Shown here: piece by piece, positions 42,780-55,749 of the stretch
Numbering within the stretch: position 1 is the first letter of the stretch
Layout: each line of letters starts with the position of its first letter
NCBI GenBank assembly: GCA_002269645.1
Contig: NIVC01001803.1
Span: 1-64,000 of the forward strand
DNA: 64,000 nucleotides
Origin: Macrostomum lignano
Lineage: Eukaryota
Reading direction: 5' to 3'
Made by a program: the position numbers and the translations under genes
The notes under the pieces: generated by a model
Seen by the model: only the letters and a program-made list of their open reading frames with translations
Told to the model about the DNA's origin: nothing
Database searches by the model: none

Positions 42780-44340
42780 GAGATTCGCTAATAAAACAAA
42801 TCCAGCTGCTTGCTGGGTGGGACGGGGCTGAGAGAATGTGCCGAATGCCGTTGGCCTTGACGACTTCGGCCAAATCAGCACTTGGAGGTGAATGGATGCC
42901 GGTTTTCCGACACCAGAGTGCTTGAAAGACCAAGACGAGCGAAGATCTGCAGACAGCTGATCTGTACAGCTATAGCAGCGCTGCTCATGACCTGCATCTC
43001 TGGCCCCTTGGTGTGCGCATCTACCACGAGATCACCGCGAAGTCTATATGCAGCCGCTCACGCGGCTCGGTAGGTAACGACCTTGGCTGCATGGGGGCCT
43101 CGAAAGGTTCCGGTTGGTTGAGCTGACAGGTGCCACAGGCTTTGACAGCAGCCTCGAGATCCTTGTCGACGTTCGGCCACCAGACGCCAGCTTCTGGCCA
43201 GAGCGCGCATCAGGCAGATGGCTGATTAATATCATGATGAATTTCACGGAGCACCAGCTATCGATACCGCGACTCAGGTGCCCTACAGCCTTGATCTGTG
43301 TGCGCCGCGCCACTGTCTAGACGAATGATGATAGACGAATCCGTGTCTTCGTCGAGCAGCAGAAAATTGACGGTCGCCTCTTCTTCGAACTGCTGAGGCA
43401 GCGACAGTCGTGACAGCGAATCGTAGTTGGCATGCTTCTACGACAGCCGGAACTCGAGTGAGCAGTCGTAGCTGACCGGCCGGGCAGCAGTGTTCGTCTG
43501 GATGCCCTTGAGCTCGCAGAGCAGCTCGAGCAGTGGCAGGATGGTCAGTGACGATGGTAAACATGCGACCGTAAAGCAACTGGTGAAACCGGTGCAGCCC
43601 GAAGATGATTGCTAGTGCCTCCTTGTCGAGCTGAGAGTAGCCGCGCTGAGCTGAGTTGAGGCTAGCGAACACCGACTTCGTCAGGACACGGGTCCTAGTT
43701 GCCGACACCGCAGGGTGAGGCATCACATTCCAGCCGCAGAGTCAGCTCCGGGTTGTAGTGGAAGAGCACTGGCTTCTAGCAGAAGCTTCTTGGCCTCGCT
43801 GAACGCATTCTGCTGAGGCAGGCCCCGGTTCCACTGGACATCCTTGGCCAGCAGCTGGTTGAGAGGCGCCACCACGGTAGACAGGTTAGGCAGAAACCGG
43901 CCTTACTGTGTCAGCACGCCGAAGAAGGAGCGCAGCTGACTGACGTCATTGGGCGCCGGGGCGTCTTACACAACCGCGACCTGGTCCTTTAGTGGTCTGT
44001 GTGCAATCAATGAAGGATTGGGACTTCTGTTTGTTCAGGCGGACTCCGGACTCCAGCAGGCGCCGCAGAACTTCTGTCAGATTATTCTTGTGCTCCTGCA
44101 GCGACTTGACTATGACAAGGATGTTATCGACGAACACTTGGACGGTCTCAAGATCGGGAGTCCAGTGTCCTTTGGAAAATCACTGTGGTGCGCTTGATTC
44201 CGAATGGCATGCGGCTGAACTGGAAGAGCCCCTCGGTGTGTTGATGGTGGTGAATGCCATGCTGTCATCGCCCAGCAGAAGCTGCAGAAAGGCGATCGAT
44301 GGACAAGTCCAGCTTTCTCCTCTTGCAGCCACCACTGAGC
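42780..44340 (-). mobile_element. Decayed Ty3/gypsy LTR retrotransposon pol (RT, RNase H, start of integrase)
   Basis: GLFQFSRMPFGI, VFVDNILVIVKSLQEHKNNLTEVLRRL, YSQLDKEALAIIFGLHRFHQLLYGRMFTIVTDH, in broken frames. Boundaries are approximate. Confidence 0.88.
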
Positions 44341-44353
44341 ATGGCAAACGGAG

Positions 44354-44707
44354 TCTGAGTGCTGGGTGTCTGAGAGCTGAGTGTCTGAGGGCTGGGTGTC
44401 TGAGTGCTTGGTGTCTGGGTACTGGGTATCTGAGTGCTGGATTTCTGAGTGCTGGGTGTCAGAGTGGTGGGTGACAGAGTTCTAGGTGTCTGAGTGCTGG
44501 GTGTCTGAGTGCTGGGTGTCTGAGTGCTGGGTGTCTGAGGGCTGGGTGTCTGAGGGCTGGGTGTCTGAGTGCTGGGTATCTGAGGGCTGGGTGTCTGAGT
44601 GCTGGGTATCTGAGGACTGGCTGTCTGAGGGCTGGGTGTCTGAGTGCAGGGTGTCTGAGGGCTGGGTGTCTGAGGGTTGGGTGTATGAGTGCTTGGTGTC
44701 TGAGTGC
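44354..44707. repeat. 15-bp minisatellite TCTGAG(T/G)GCTGGGTG
   Basis: Degenerate tandem units next to the gypsy RT remnant. Confidence 0.92.
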
Positions 44708-45299
44708 AGGGCTTGGTGGATATGGAACGATCAGCTCAAGTTGTAGAAACAACAAGAGCTACAGGTGAGGGTTTCCTCCTCAGACGTACATTGAGTCAAT
44801 CTTCACCGCTGCCTAAGGGCGGAATCAGAAGGATCCGCATGGCAACAGACCTCAGTAGAGTTGGTATAGGGCTGACAGTCAATATTGATGAACTTCCGTG
44901 ATTGCCTGGAGTTTAAGGCCACTAAATAGCTTTAGGCAAAGGACCAGGTTCAAGCAGTCACTGCTGATGAGGGGAGCGGGTTGCTCAACGATGCTGGGTG
45001 AGCCATCCGGATGTGGCCTGTGGCGGTCCGGATCACCAGAAGAGTCCTCCGAGTCTGGGGAAGGTGGGCTACGCTTAGCTGGTGAAGCTGATAGTCCAAC
45101 TAGTGAAAGAGGCGGGATCAAATAATGCAAAACTATTTGAAGGCCCGCTTTGTTTACGTGTATTTAGCGATGTTTGCCTTCACAAAAGCATTCTGTTCGA
45201 CTGGTTTAAAGAACCCTGCACTGGGCCTGAAGCTTTGTGCCTCGGAAACGCCGAAATAGGTGTATGCAGAATTTGCTAAGGTTCTTAAATTATTTGTAA

Positions 45300-45660
45300 G
45301 ATAAACCTGTCGGCCTCTCCGAGCGGGACTCTGCCGCTTCGAGAGCACCACGGTGGCAGCTTTGCTGTTGGCTTGGGACGCGACTATCATGCAGACCTGC
45401 GCCCCCAGTCACCTGCACCTCGCTGCCACCTCGGCCGAGGACCGCAAAGCAGCCAAGTACTTCGATCTGGGCGACCACCACGACTTCCGCATGGTCGGTG
45501 TGGAGACTCTAGGCCCCTTGGCCCCCATGCCCTGGAGCTGGTTGTCGCTCTTGCGGCCCGCATTCTGGGGAGCGGGGGACCCGGGTGCGCATCTTACGGC
45601 GACTCGAGGCGGCTGTGCAGGCTGGAAACGCCCGCACAAAGCTTTCTGCGGTAGGCCGTC
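45300..45660 (+). mobile_element. 3' fragment of a non-LTR retrotransposon with restriction-like endonuclease (CRE-clade-like)
   Basis: LAWDATIMQTCAPSHL...EDRKAAKYFDL...VGVETLGP..(shift)..ALELVVALAARI...RLEAAVQAGNA matches the WD..DT.APSH / RK..KY / ETLG / QRGN C-terminal pattern of CRE-type ORFs. Clade assignment is from memory of the motif. Confidence 0.7.
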
Positions 45661-46017
45661 TGAGTTTTAATTCCTGCTCTCATTTAAATTATTGGCAGAT
45701 ATTATGGTAAAATAATTATAACATTGTAAACTTTACTGCAATAGGTATAGCTATTGGATTTTGGATAATAGATATGCTATATTTTAATATTTTTAGTTGT
45801 TTAAATTTTGTCATTCCATGCAAAGTTTCCAAAGAACGCGAGTGTCGTGTCCTTCTACTTTAGTAGTCCGTGATCGCTTCTAGTCCAGTGGTTTCAAGAA
45901 GCCCATTTTTTTACGACTTGCTTCCAATCCAGGAGATTTAGGAAGTCCCTTCAACATAGCTTATTCACAAAAAAACAAAATAAACTTTAGCTCTCACATA
46001 GCTATGATAAAAATATG

Positions 46018-46271
46018 GCTGGTGAATGGCTGCCTGAGCACGGAATTGTTGAGCACTGCAGCTGGTGAATGGCTGCCTGAGCACGGAATTGTTGAGCACT
46101 GCAGCTGGTGAATGGCTGCCTGAGCACGGAATTGTTGAGCACTGCAGCTGGTGAATGGCTGCCTGAGCACGGAATTGTTGAGCACTGCAGCTGGTGAATG
46201 GCTGCTTGAGCACGGATTGTTGAGCACTGCAGCTGGTGAATGGCTGCTTAAGCACGGATTGTTGAGCACTG
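46018..46271. repeat. 43-bp minisatellite, about 6 copies
   Basis: GCTGGTGAATGGCTGCCTGAGCACGGAATTGTTGAGCACTGCA repeated. Confidence 0.93.
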
Positions 46272-46403
46272 GCTTTGGCTCTGTCCAGATTTAGTGCTGG
46301 CTTGAGGCTGGAAGATCAAAAGCAGCGCAGCAACTCCTCCAATGCAAGGCAGCCAATGCACATTTTCAGTACAGGCCTGTAGGTGGGCGACTTCCTCATC
46401 GGT

Positions 46404-47070
46404 ATCTCAGAATCGCTCAGTATCTCTCAGAATCTCAGAATCTCTCAGCACCTCAGAATCCTCAGCATCTCAGAATCTCTCAGCATCTCAGAATCTCTCA
46501 GCATCTCAGAATCTCTCAGCATCTCAGAATCTCTCAGCATCTCAGAGTCTCTTAGCATCTCAGAATCTCTCAGCATCTCAGAGTCTCCCAGCATCTCAGA
46601 ATCTCTCAGCATCTCAGAATCTCTCAGCACCTCAGAATCTCTCAGCATCTCAGAATCTCTCAGCATCTCAGAATCTCTCAGCACCTCAGAATCTCTCAGC
46701 ATCTCAGAATCTCTCAGCATCTCAGAATCTCTCAGCATCTCAGAGTCTCTTAGCATCTCAGAATCTCTCAGCATCTCAGAGTCTCCCAGCATCTCAGAAT
46801 CTCTCAGCATCTCAGAATCTCTCAGCACCTCAGAATCTCTCAGCACCTCAGAATCTCTCAGCATCTCAGAATCTCTCAGCACCTCAGAATCTCTCAGCAT
46901 CTCAGAATCTCTCAGCACCTCAGAATCTCTCAGCACCTCAGAATCTCTCAGCACCTCAGAATCTTCAGCACCTCAGAATCTCTCAGCACCTCAGAATCTC
47001 TCAGCATCTCAGAATCTCTCAGCATCTCAGAGTCTCTCAGCATCTCAGAATCTCCCAGCATCTCAGAATC
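46404..47070. repeat. 18-bp minisatellite CTCAGAATCTCTCAGCA(T/C)
   Basis: About 37 copies built from a 9-bp CTCAG sub-unit. Confidence 0.95.
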
Positions 47071-49266
47071 TCAACCATCTTAAGAATTTTTTTGCACTCT
47101 CATCAAAACAAAATACTAGCGAAAATAATTTCTCAGATTCATTTTTTCGGTTTCAAATTTAAACAAAAATAAGCACATTCAGCTTTAATAAGTCCTGATA
47201 GTAGTATGAAATGGAACAAGTTAAACAATGATCACTTGCGAAGCGCAAAATTACCAAAGGATTGCTGAACAGCCCAATTGCGCGATTCTTGAGCTTTCCG
47301 CTGCAGTCAAAGTGCCCAGCTCACTGTGATGTCAGCAAGCGACAGGCAATGTTTATCTTATCACAAAGCTTCAACGATTGCACAGCTACTCAAAATAGTC
47401 AACAGTTAAACAGCTGCTCAGGCAGCTGTCTTGCCCAGTGTTGCTTTCGACCCAGCTTGACGTCACTGTCAGCTGATTTTTGGGCTGCATGGCTGCTCTT
47501 CTCATGCCAGCTCTTCGCGACTCTCTTATCGGGATGAGCTTGCTCTGATCTGCGTTGCAGCTTCGGTGGCTCAACTTATCTTGTTTTCTCCTGGGTCTGA
47601 TTTTAGGTGCAACCTGTGGCACTTTTGCCTTTTTCGGTCTGGCCTTGCTGCGAATATGAAGCTTTTGTTTGGTAATCGTTTTCGTGAGACATCTCGCTTG
47701 CACTCCAGTGTCCAGTTCGACCTCCGCCTGCCTTGGTCAGGTGACTTCGACAGTTAACATGCTCAGCAAGGCATTTGAACAAATAAATGCTAGCATGTGG
47801 TAGGGTTTCCAGCTAAAATAATAATTCTACACACCTGCTCATGGATCTGTTACTCCACAGACAGCCTCCCAGCCTCTGCAAGCCATGGATCTGACATTAC
47901 ATTCTTTAAAACAATGAAACTATCAGCACTCATGGCTAATGCATAGAAAATTTGCAGACAAGTTAGCAGGGCCGAAGAAGTTTATCTGATAAACACTCAA
48001 ATGCACGTGATTCAGCTTGAAACAGTCACAAATTTTCAAAGAATTCATACTTTAGGAATGCTTCACCTTTAAGCATTTGGGCATACACAGAGCCGCAGGC
48101 AGGCAAACTCCAGCGCCAAGTTGCCTCGAGTCCGGCTTATCTGCTTTTAAGAAACTTTTAAGCGACTTTTCGCTGCTCTTGGAAAGCAAAAAAACTGGCA
48201 CGAGGCGCTGCAGAGTCTTTCGATACGATTCCGAAAAAAACTTTAGCAAAACTCACTAGGAGGTTTTTGGAGAAGCCAACATATTGCTAATGCTTGGCAT
48301 GAATTGCAATTCTGCAACATGATGAAGTGAAGCATTTGTGCTGCAATGCATCCGAATTCAACTGTCAAGACTTTGTTTTCAGTCAATGCAGGTGCCCACC
48401 CAGCCTGCAAAGATGAAGGCACCAACCCCGCCTCAGTCATGAATGAACTCCAATGTATAAGTAAATTATTTCAATGCAATGTACTTCTGGGGAAACCAAT
48501 GAAAAACACTTGTGCAATCAAGAAGATGCTTTACTCCGCGATAGCCGCTCTCTGCTTCATCAGATCCCAGCTGAAACGTGTACAGTCCGATTTCGCGGCA
48601 GAACAGCCTGAGGACCTTCAACTTCGCAGGACATGGATAGCTTGCTTCCATGAATTCGCAACAGCTTCATGACTTGCTATATCATTTTTCTATGCTCGCG
48701 GCAACAGTTAACTGATTACTTGGTTCATTCTCTAAAGGCTGATCTAATGTAGCGCATATATTTAGCTCGTAGTTATAGCATGGTAAAGTTGAATCGTTAC
48801 ACGATTGCACCGACTGTCATAGGCAAAAACAGAAGTAAAAATAGTCAGAATGATCCATACAACAAGAGATACAGTCACAAAGCTTCAATATGACTAAAAA
48901 GCGACAAAATGAGTTGAATCCGAGTCGGGAATCAGCGAATAAAGGTGATTCCCACATGCCCAGGTCTGCGAGCTGCGCTGCTGTGCTCATCCCCATATCT
49001 TTGAATGATTCTTTATCGGCTCCCATTTTGAGGCAAGAAGCAGCTCAATCGGGCTGAACAGTGCCTGCAAACAGCAGCTATTGAGACGCTCCCTGTGTGT
49101 TGGGTTGCTTCTTTTCTGAAACCACTGCTAATTCCAAAGGAAATCCACATTTAGCAGTCGGATTTTTAGCAGAAAGGTTGCGTTATAGGGTTGATGCTCG
49201 GGATGCTGGGTGAATGATGAGGGGTCAATTCGCTGGGTGAATGATGGGATGGATGATCCAGGGTTA

Positions 49267-49592
49267 TTTTTTATTAGAGGCAGGGGTTGTGTGCACCCTG
49301 GCGCACTTTAAGCGACATAGGCACACAACCGGCGAGAGGCATTACTGCCCATTCCGCCGACTCCCCTGAGCAGGCATACAAGCGCGCGGATACATACGCA
49401 GGCACACACTCACACAGGAGTGTACAGCGGCCCTAACTTTATTTTATCGTTAGGCATGTACACTTCACTGCGCCTTGGGTGGTTGGCTCTCAAGGCCGTT
49501 AATTGCACGAGCAGAGCCAAGCCGAGATTCAAATTCAGCCCCAAATTAATTCGCACCAGAGCCTGCGCTAGACCGCTGGGCTACGGCCCCCT
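49267..49592 (-). mobile_element. tRNA-derived SINE with A-rich tail and 14-bp target-site duplication
   Basis: Head GGGGGCCGTAGCCCAGCGGTCTAGCGC (A box), degenerate B box GAATTTGAATCTC, tail CTAATAAAAAA; flanked by ATGATCCAGGGTTA at 49253-49266 and 49593-49606. Confidence 0.8.
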
Positions 49593-49863
49593 ATGATCCA
49601 GGGTTAGTTGTTTTGTGAATGCTGGGTGGGAGAAAACAATCCTGTCACACTTAACAAGCCGCATCAGCTATCAATACCAGCGACAACAAGGAAAGCAACC
49701 CCGCACTGTCTCTTCACAGTTGGTGAAAGGGAAAGAGTTTGCTTGGACTCCAACGGCTTGGATATCTGAATGAAGGCATGAAGGAATGAAGACATCCAAC
49801 TTAGCCTCACTGGATTTCTACTCTCAGCTCTACTCTATCTTTTACTCTACAGCTCAGATTCTG

Positions 49864-52800
49864 TCATTTCCATGCACCGAAAAACGAGCTAAAAAATCCC
49901 AGCTGCAGCTTCCTGTCCGTCAGGAACTCGTGCTCCAGCAGCTCCTGTGCCGATTTTCTTCTGCGGTCCTTGGCGGTGCAGCGGCTGTGGAAGTCCCTCA
50001 GCTCTGCGGATCGGCCGTCGGGCAGGACGGGGGCGCCCCTCCTCTCAATCAGCTGGGCCATTCCTAAAAAGTTCCTGGCGTCTGCAAACGGCCTCGCGCC
50101 AGACACCATCTGATATACCGAGCAGCCGAAAGCCCAGATGTCTGACTCTCTGCTGTACTGCACGCTGTCCGACTCTCCTGCTCCGAGCAGCTCTGGCGCC
50201 ATGAAGTTCAGAGTGCCTTTGGGTGACTGAGTTGAGGTTAAGATGTGGCTGACTGACTGCTCCAGCTTGATTGACAGGCCGAAGTCGATCAGCTTGATTC
50301 GCGTGTTGTCAGCACAAACAATTATGTTGGAGCAGTTGATGTCTCTGTGGATCACGGGCGGCTGCCGGCTGTGCAGGTAGAGCAGCGCGCGGCAGATCTG
50401 CGAGCGGTCGGTCAGTGAGCAGTCATCATTCATGGGAGCATGTAACAGGAGCATCAAGGATGCACAATGCTCACCTGCTTGCTGAAGTCTCGAATCGTCA
50501 CCTCGTCGAGCGGCTTTTTGTCGATAAACCTCTCCAAGCTCCGGCCGTTCAGCAGCTCCATGAACACAACGACTGTGGCGGGCTCCGGCTGAGCGATGTG
50601 CAAGAACCTGACGATGTTGGTATGCCGCAGTCGGCACAGGTTTCTTTCGCTCTCGACAGCTCTGTGGATCTCTGAGCTCATAGAGAGCAGCTCATCACCG
50701 AGCTGCACAGGCAGTCTGAGAGTCTTGGCAGCGCACGTGACGCCCGTGTCAGTTCGAACTTCGTGGACTTCGCCGAAGCCTCCGCGGCCGATGAGACGAA
50801 CGACGTCCCAGCGCTCCAGGAACGGGGGGCCTTCGGGTCTGAGGGGATGCGAATTGAGGCAGTTAACGTTAGTTTGCATGCTGTAGCTGTGTGTGCTGTA
50901 GCTGTGTGTTGTAGTTGAGTGTGCTGTAGCTGTGTGCTGTAGTTGAGTGTGCTGTAGCTGTGTGTGCTGTAGCTGTGTGCTGTAGCTGTGTATGCTGTAG
51001 CTGTGTGTGCTGTAGCTGTGTGCTGTAGCTGTGTGCTGTAGCTGTGTATGCTGTAGCTGTGTGTGCGGTAGTTACGAGTATGTGCTGTGGGAACTGAAAG
51101 ATGCTGAAGGAACTTACGGCAGTTCCAGAGGCTCGTCGAAGTAAATCCTGCCGTCGTACCTAAATAGGCGATGCACAGTCTGTTAGGGAATTCAGAGAGT
51201 CCACGCTTTTTGGTTTATTGTATCACTTTATCAATTTTCATTTGTTTTAAGTGTCGAGCAGGCAAAGTTGATCTTTTTGCAATAATACAGAAGAGGACCA
51301 CAAAAGGAACTATCCATGTTATTTTGAACTTAAACAGCAAAATGGTGGCTGGTTTTTCAGAGCTCGCAGGAAACTAAACCTTATTATTTAAATTGCAATC
51401 GGGAGTCAAACTGCACTGCAAACTCCTGAATCCCACTCAGTCATTTTAAACTAAATAGGCGTGCAGGAATGTTTTTTGAGCACGCCAATTGAGAAAATTG
51501 GAATTGAGAAATGCGCAAGGTTTGCTTATAACAAAGATTTTTTTAATTTTTATTTTAGTTATAAAAAGATTTTTTAAAATCTAAAATACTGTTGAAACTT
51601 CCGGATTTTTATCCTGCTGAATTCCAATCATCTGAACTATTTTTAATACTTTCTTGAGTCTAAAGTCATACTAAAAAAAAAGTGTTTTTAGCTAATATGG
51701 AGGTAAACAAAAGTGAAGTAAATTCGTGTTAAATTAAGATTTAAAGCCTTCTGTCCTCTCCTAAATCTTCTTCTCGCTCTCCTCTATCCTTACTCTTGTC
51801 TTCAGTCTCCTTTTTCGCGGAATAACTTTTGGATTTTATAATGTTTTCACATACATGTATAGTTTCTAGGATTCAAAATCAGCAGATTTATACTACGCTG
51901 GTTACAACAGTATGTTCAATCAAAAATTACAGCACCTTGTTTATCAATGATAAATCAAAGTCAGAGAGACATTCTCAAGTCGCCATGGAAACTCACCCAC
52001 GCAGCAGCTCAGCCAGTCCGCTGTTTCCCTTTTGTGTGGCCAAATCCAGCGCAGTCCTGCCGTCTCTGTCCTTCAGGCTCCAATCCGCCCCTAAGTCCAG
52101 CAGAACCCGACCGACTGCGGCGGCGGTGGCGGGGGGCGCAAAGAAGGCTGCCAGCATGAGGGGCGTGGAGTGACAGTCATTCCTGGCATTGGCGGAAGCT
52201 CCGGCAGCCAGCAGATCAAAGGCTGCGGCAAAATTGCCAGAACGTGCTGCCGAGTGCAGGCAAGTGGTAGAAGATATATCCGCAGAGGTAGGGTCACCCA
52301 GCTGCACCAGCTGCTTCCACAGAGCCTCCTCACTGCACGAGCTGTTCTGAGCAGCCCACATCAACGCAGTGTGACTCCAACTGTCAGGCAGGTCGCAGCT
52401 GTTGCGAGTCGCTGCTCGCCGCAGCCCCCCCCCCCCGAGTTGCCCGAATCGGCCAGCCGCTGCAGTTCCTGTCGATCTGCCTCCTCCTGCAATGGCAAGT
52501 GAGAAATTTGAGCACAGCTGCTCAGCTGCAGCCGCATCGGCACCTCAGATGTCACTCACCTGAGCTGTCAGGCCGGAGATCCTGCCACGTGCATTCACAA
52601 TTAGCCGCATCTCCCTGCAGCAGCAAAAATTAGAAGCAAATCCGCAATTTTCTTGACTCCAACAATTACGAGCGTACGATTGTCAAATAAAACTTTAAGT
52701 TGCGCAATACTATTTCCATGATAAATTTAGTAAGCAAAAATCCCTAACTTTCTGAGCTGCTCGCAGATGCACTTTCCAAGAGGCCTGCAGTAGCTCTGCA

Positions 52801-53926
52801 ACAATCAGCATTGGCGAGAGCGCATCCGACGTCTCACACTCCCTCTCATTTTCCATTTCTGCAGCATGAGTTTCCTTCCATCTTACAATAACAAAGCACT
52901 CACGCACAGCCTCCCAGTTCTCCATCTGCAGCACAACCCACACACTATCACTGCACACCAAGGCCCTACAGCTTCCATTCTCGACTGAGATCAACCGGCA
53001 CCCCATTGGCTGGGAGGCAGCCAGCCAATCACAGCTCTCGCCCATCAAGCAGTCAGCCAGAGAGAAGCTCAGCTGACTGGCTCTGATTGGCTGGCCTGAG
53101 ACTGCAGCTCTGGCCACCCCAGCCGAATGCTGCAAAACTTGCTGGACACAGCAGCGAACTGCTCACTCACCGGTCGATGTAGCTGGCCAGCTCTGAGTGG
53201 CCGCTGAGCCTCGCCAGGTCCGACGCCTTCCGACCCTCGCGATTCTTCAGTTCGAGCAGCCGCGACCTCTTCGAGTTTTCGTGCTTCCCGCACTCATTGA
53301 ACCTTTCCTGCCTGAGCAGGTGCAGTAGGTGCTTGGCGCATTTCCAGCTTCCAGTCCGCGCCGCCTCCATCAGCGGAGTGGCGCCGTTGTCGTTCAGCAG
53401 CCACTTCGCATTGAACGATAGCAGCGTTAGCAGCCGCAGGTGGTCCCGCCGGGCTGCCAGGTGCGCAGCCGTGTCGCCATTCGCGTCAGCCGCCTTGGGG
53501 TTCGCGCCCAGCTCAAATAAGTACAAGATGCACTTTTCAGTGTGCACGGGAGTCTCAGGAGCGTCGGCCACCAGCATGAAGACGGTCCGACGAGCTGCAT
53601 CAGCGCTGGTGACCAGCTGGCGCGTTGCCAGCCGCCGCACCTGTCCGAAGTCTCCTTGGATGACGTCCTGGGCGAGATTGTGAAGATCGGCTGGTGAGTC
53701 TCCGACGCTTGTCCGGTTGGTGGGGTCCGGCAGAGTCAGCTGAATCATGCTTTGCTCAAAAAGAAGTTCGTCAGCGACTTTAGTCAGCTGCAATTGAGGC
53801 ACCCAAGCTGCACAATCAAACATGGGAGCCAGTTCTTGCAACTGCAATTAAGCCTCCAATATAAATATGCTTCAATTTTATCTCTTTAACTGTACTTACC
53901 CGTTTGACAACATCCTCTCTCGTCAT
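49864..53926 (-). CDS. Ankyrin-repeat plus Ser/Thr kinase gene, copy C (frame broken at a G12 run)
   Basis: Exons 53900-53926 (MTREDVVKR, inferred start), 53171-53841 (or 53787), 52560-52614, 51997-52486 (490 nt, off-phase at C12 run 52425-52436), 50475-50838, 49864-50397. Confidence 0.8.
50880..51066. repeat. GCTGTAGCTGTGT(GT) satellite in the ANK-kinase intron of copy C
   Basis: Same unit and same position as in copy B. Confidence 0.93.
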
Positions 53927-54669
53927 AAGATGATCGTCATAAGATGATCTCAGTCGCTCTGCCATGGCTGCAAGCTCAGTCACAGGTGTCTCAACTCAGC
54001 CCGAGAGTCCGGCAGGGCAGCGGCCGCCTCTGCAGCAGATTTTATTGGCCTTGAAGCAGCTGCAGCGAATTCCTTCTCACCCTGCCTGCTCAGATTGCGG
54101 CTGCTTTTGTTGGCTTGTGCGGCCGCCTCTGCCCAGTCTTCTGCCTCTCCCATTGGTTCTGAGCTCTGAGTGTGCTGTATTTGGATTTGTGCAATGGGTG
54201 CGGTTGGGCGTAATACAATGTGGACCTGGTGACGCAACTGAGAAGAATTTTATTGCAAATTGTTATTTCAAGATGGTGAGGAACCTGCGCTGACGGTTGA
54301 AGGTTGTTGAGATCTGGTTTTTAGGCAGCGAATTGAATGAGGTTCGAATATAAATGGCTTTCGAAAATGAAAAATTAAAGGATTTTACTAGTAGCGAGTA
54401 GTAGTATGTTGGAAAGTTTTAGTCATTTTTAGTGATAATACAGATAGAATTAATAGGATTATAAAAGCTGTGGAGGATTCTGTCCTGATAGTGACTGATT
54501 GGGAATCAAGCAAGTTGCACATGCATTGGGTTGAAGACCTTCTTTGGGAATAATCGGTATAGAAGTACATGTAATGGGATTATGGAGCAAGTGAAAACAC
54601 AGCCCCAGAATTCCCTCTGCCTACATTGTGACATCTGGAACACTGCTGAAGTCGTTAGTCACAGATGAA

Positions 54670-55260
54670 GCAAAACCAGGTCCTTGCTCGCTGGTTGTTG
54701 GCTTTGACGATTTCGGCAAACTCGGCACTCGAAGGTGAATTGAGGTCCATTGTTCGGCATCAGGACCTTTGCAAGGCCAAGGCGAGCGAAGATCTCCTGT
54801 CGACAGTTGATCATTGCAGCTGCACAGTGCTGCGCATTATTTGCATCTTCCTCTTTGAACTGGGGAGACAGCGAGCCTTAATTGGCATGATTCTCCATTG
54901 GCTGGAACTCAAGTGAGTAGCCGTAGCTCGATGGTGAACCTGCGGCTATAGAGTGAAACCGGTGCAGCTCGAAGACGATTGCCAGCAGCAATTCTTGTCG
55001 AGCTGCGCTGAGGCTGCGGCTGGCGAAGGCCACGTACGGCGCGGTGCTGGTCGCCGATTCGGTGGGACAGCACCACACCGACACCGTAGGATATGAGCAC
55101 TGCGGTTGAACTGAGAGCCCGCCCTCCGAGTTTTAATGGTGACGAATGTCATGCTCTCGTCGTCCAGCAGAAGCTGCACTCGGTCGTTAGAGAAGTAGAA
55201 CTGAGTCCACTTGCTTGGCAAACAGGTGGGGTCCTCGGTGAGGGACAGCGGCTACTGCTC
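54670..55260 (-). mobile_element. Decayed Ty3/gypsy pol fragment (RNase H region)
   Basis: VAFASRSLSAA...AIVFELHRFH; nucleotide similarity to 42780-43000 and 43590-43700. Confidence 0.7.
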
Positions 55261-55749
55261 AGCCTGGCACGCTGGGTTCAAGGTCTGCGTAAAGTCGCTG
55301 TCTCATAAAGACACTTGGAGTAGATTTTGAGACACAAGTTGAGTTGTCAAAAGATGCTTAAGCAGCTGACTTAAGCATGCAATTGTCGACATTAAAGACA
55401 CTATACTCGTACTGTAGTTGAATTTTCAAAGAATTGGGAATTTTCGAAGACATTTTACATGTGTAAGAACGAGGGCGTCATGAACAGGTAAGCTGTGTCC
55501 GGTTCCATTCTAAAACTCGGAAATTTGCGATTTGAAATTTATGTTTTGGTTCTTAGAATTTGGGTTTCACCGGGCTCGCTTTCAGTCCAAAATGTTCTAG
55601 AAATCCATGAATTTTCTGACTTGTTTCCAGTCCAGGTGGTTCCAGGGGTTATATTTGGGCTTGTCGGAGACGAGCAATAGTAATTTGAAGCCGGGGGAGT
55701 CACCGGGTATTAAGTTGGCAACCGGTTTTAAGCCTCTTGGCTCTTCATC

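Noticed and set aside
45830-45915. Possible small Pol III RNA (A-box-like TAGTCCAGTGG followed by a T7 run)
   Set aside because: No B box, no cloverleaf and no match to U6 or tRNA that I can recognise.
46342-47172. Serine-rich adhesin-like ORFs (SESLSI / SQNLSA repeats)
   Set aside because: An 18-bp minisatellite open in several frames; flanks are non-coding and AT-rich.
47300-49030. Exon-like ORF fragments downstream of kinase C as a possible RNase L-type KEN domain
   Set aside because: No recognisable motif, stops in all frames and no consistent splice chain could be built; an HHpred search would be needed to revisit this.
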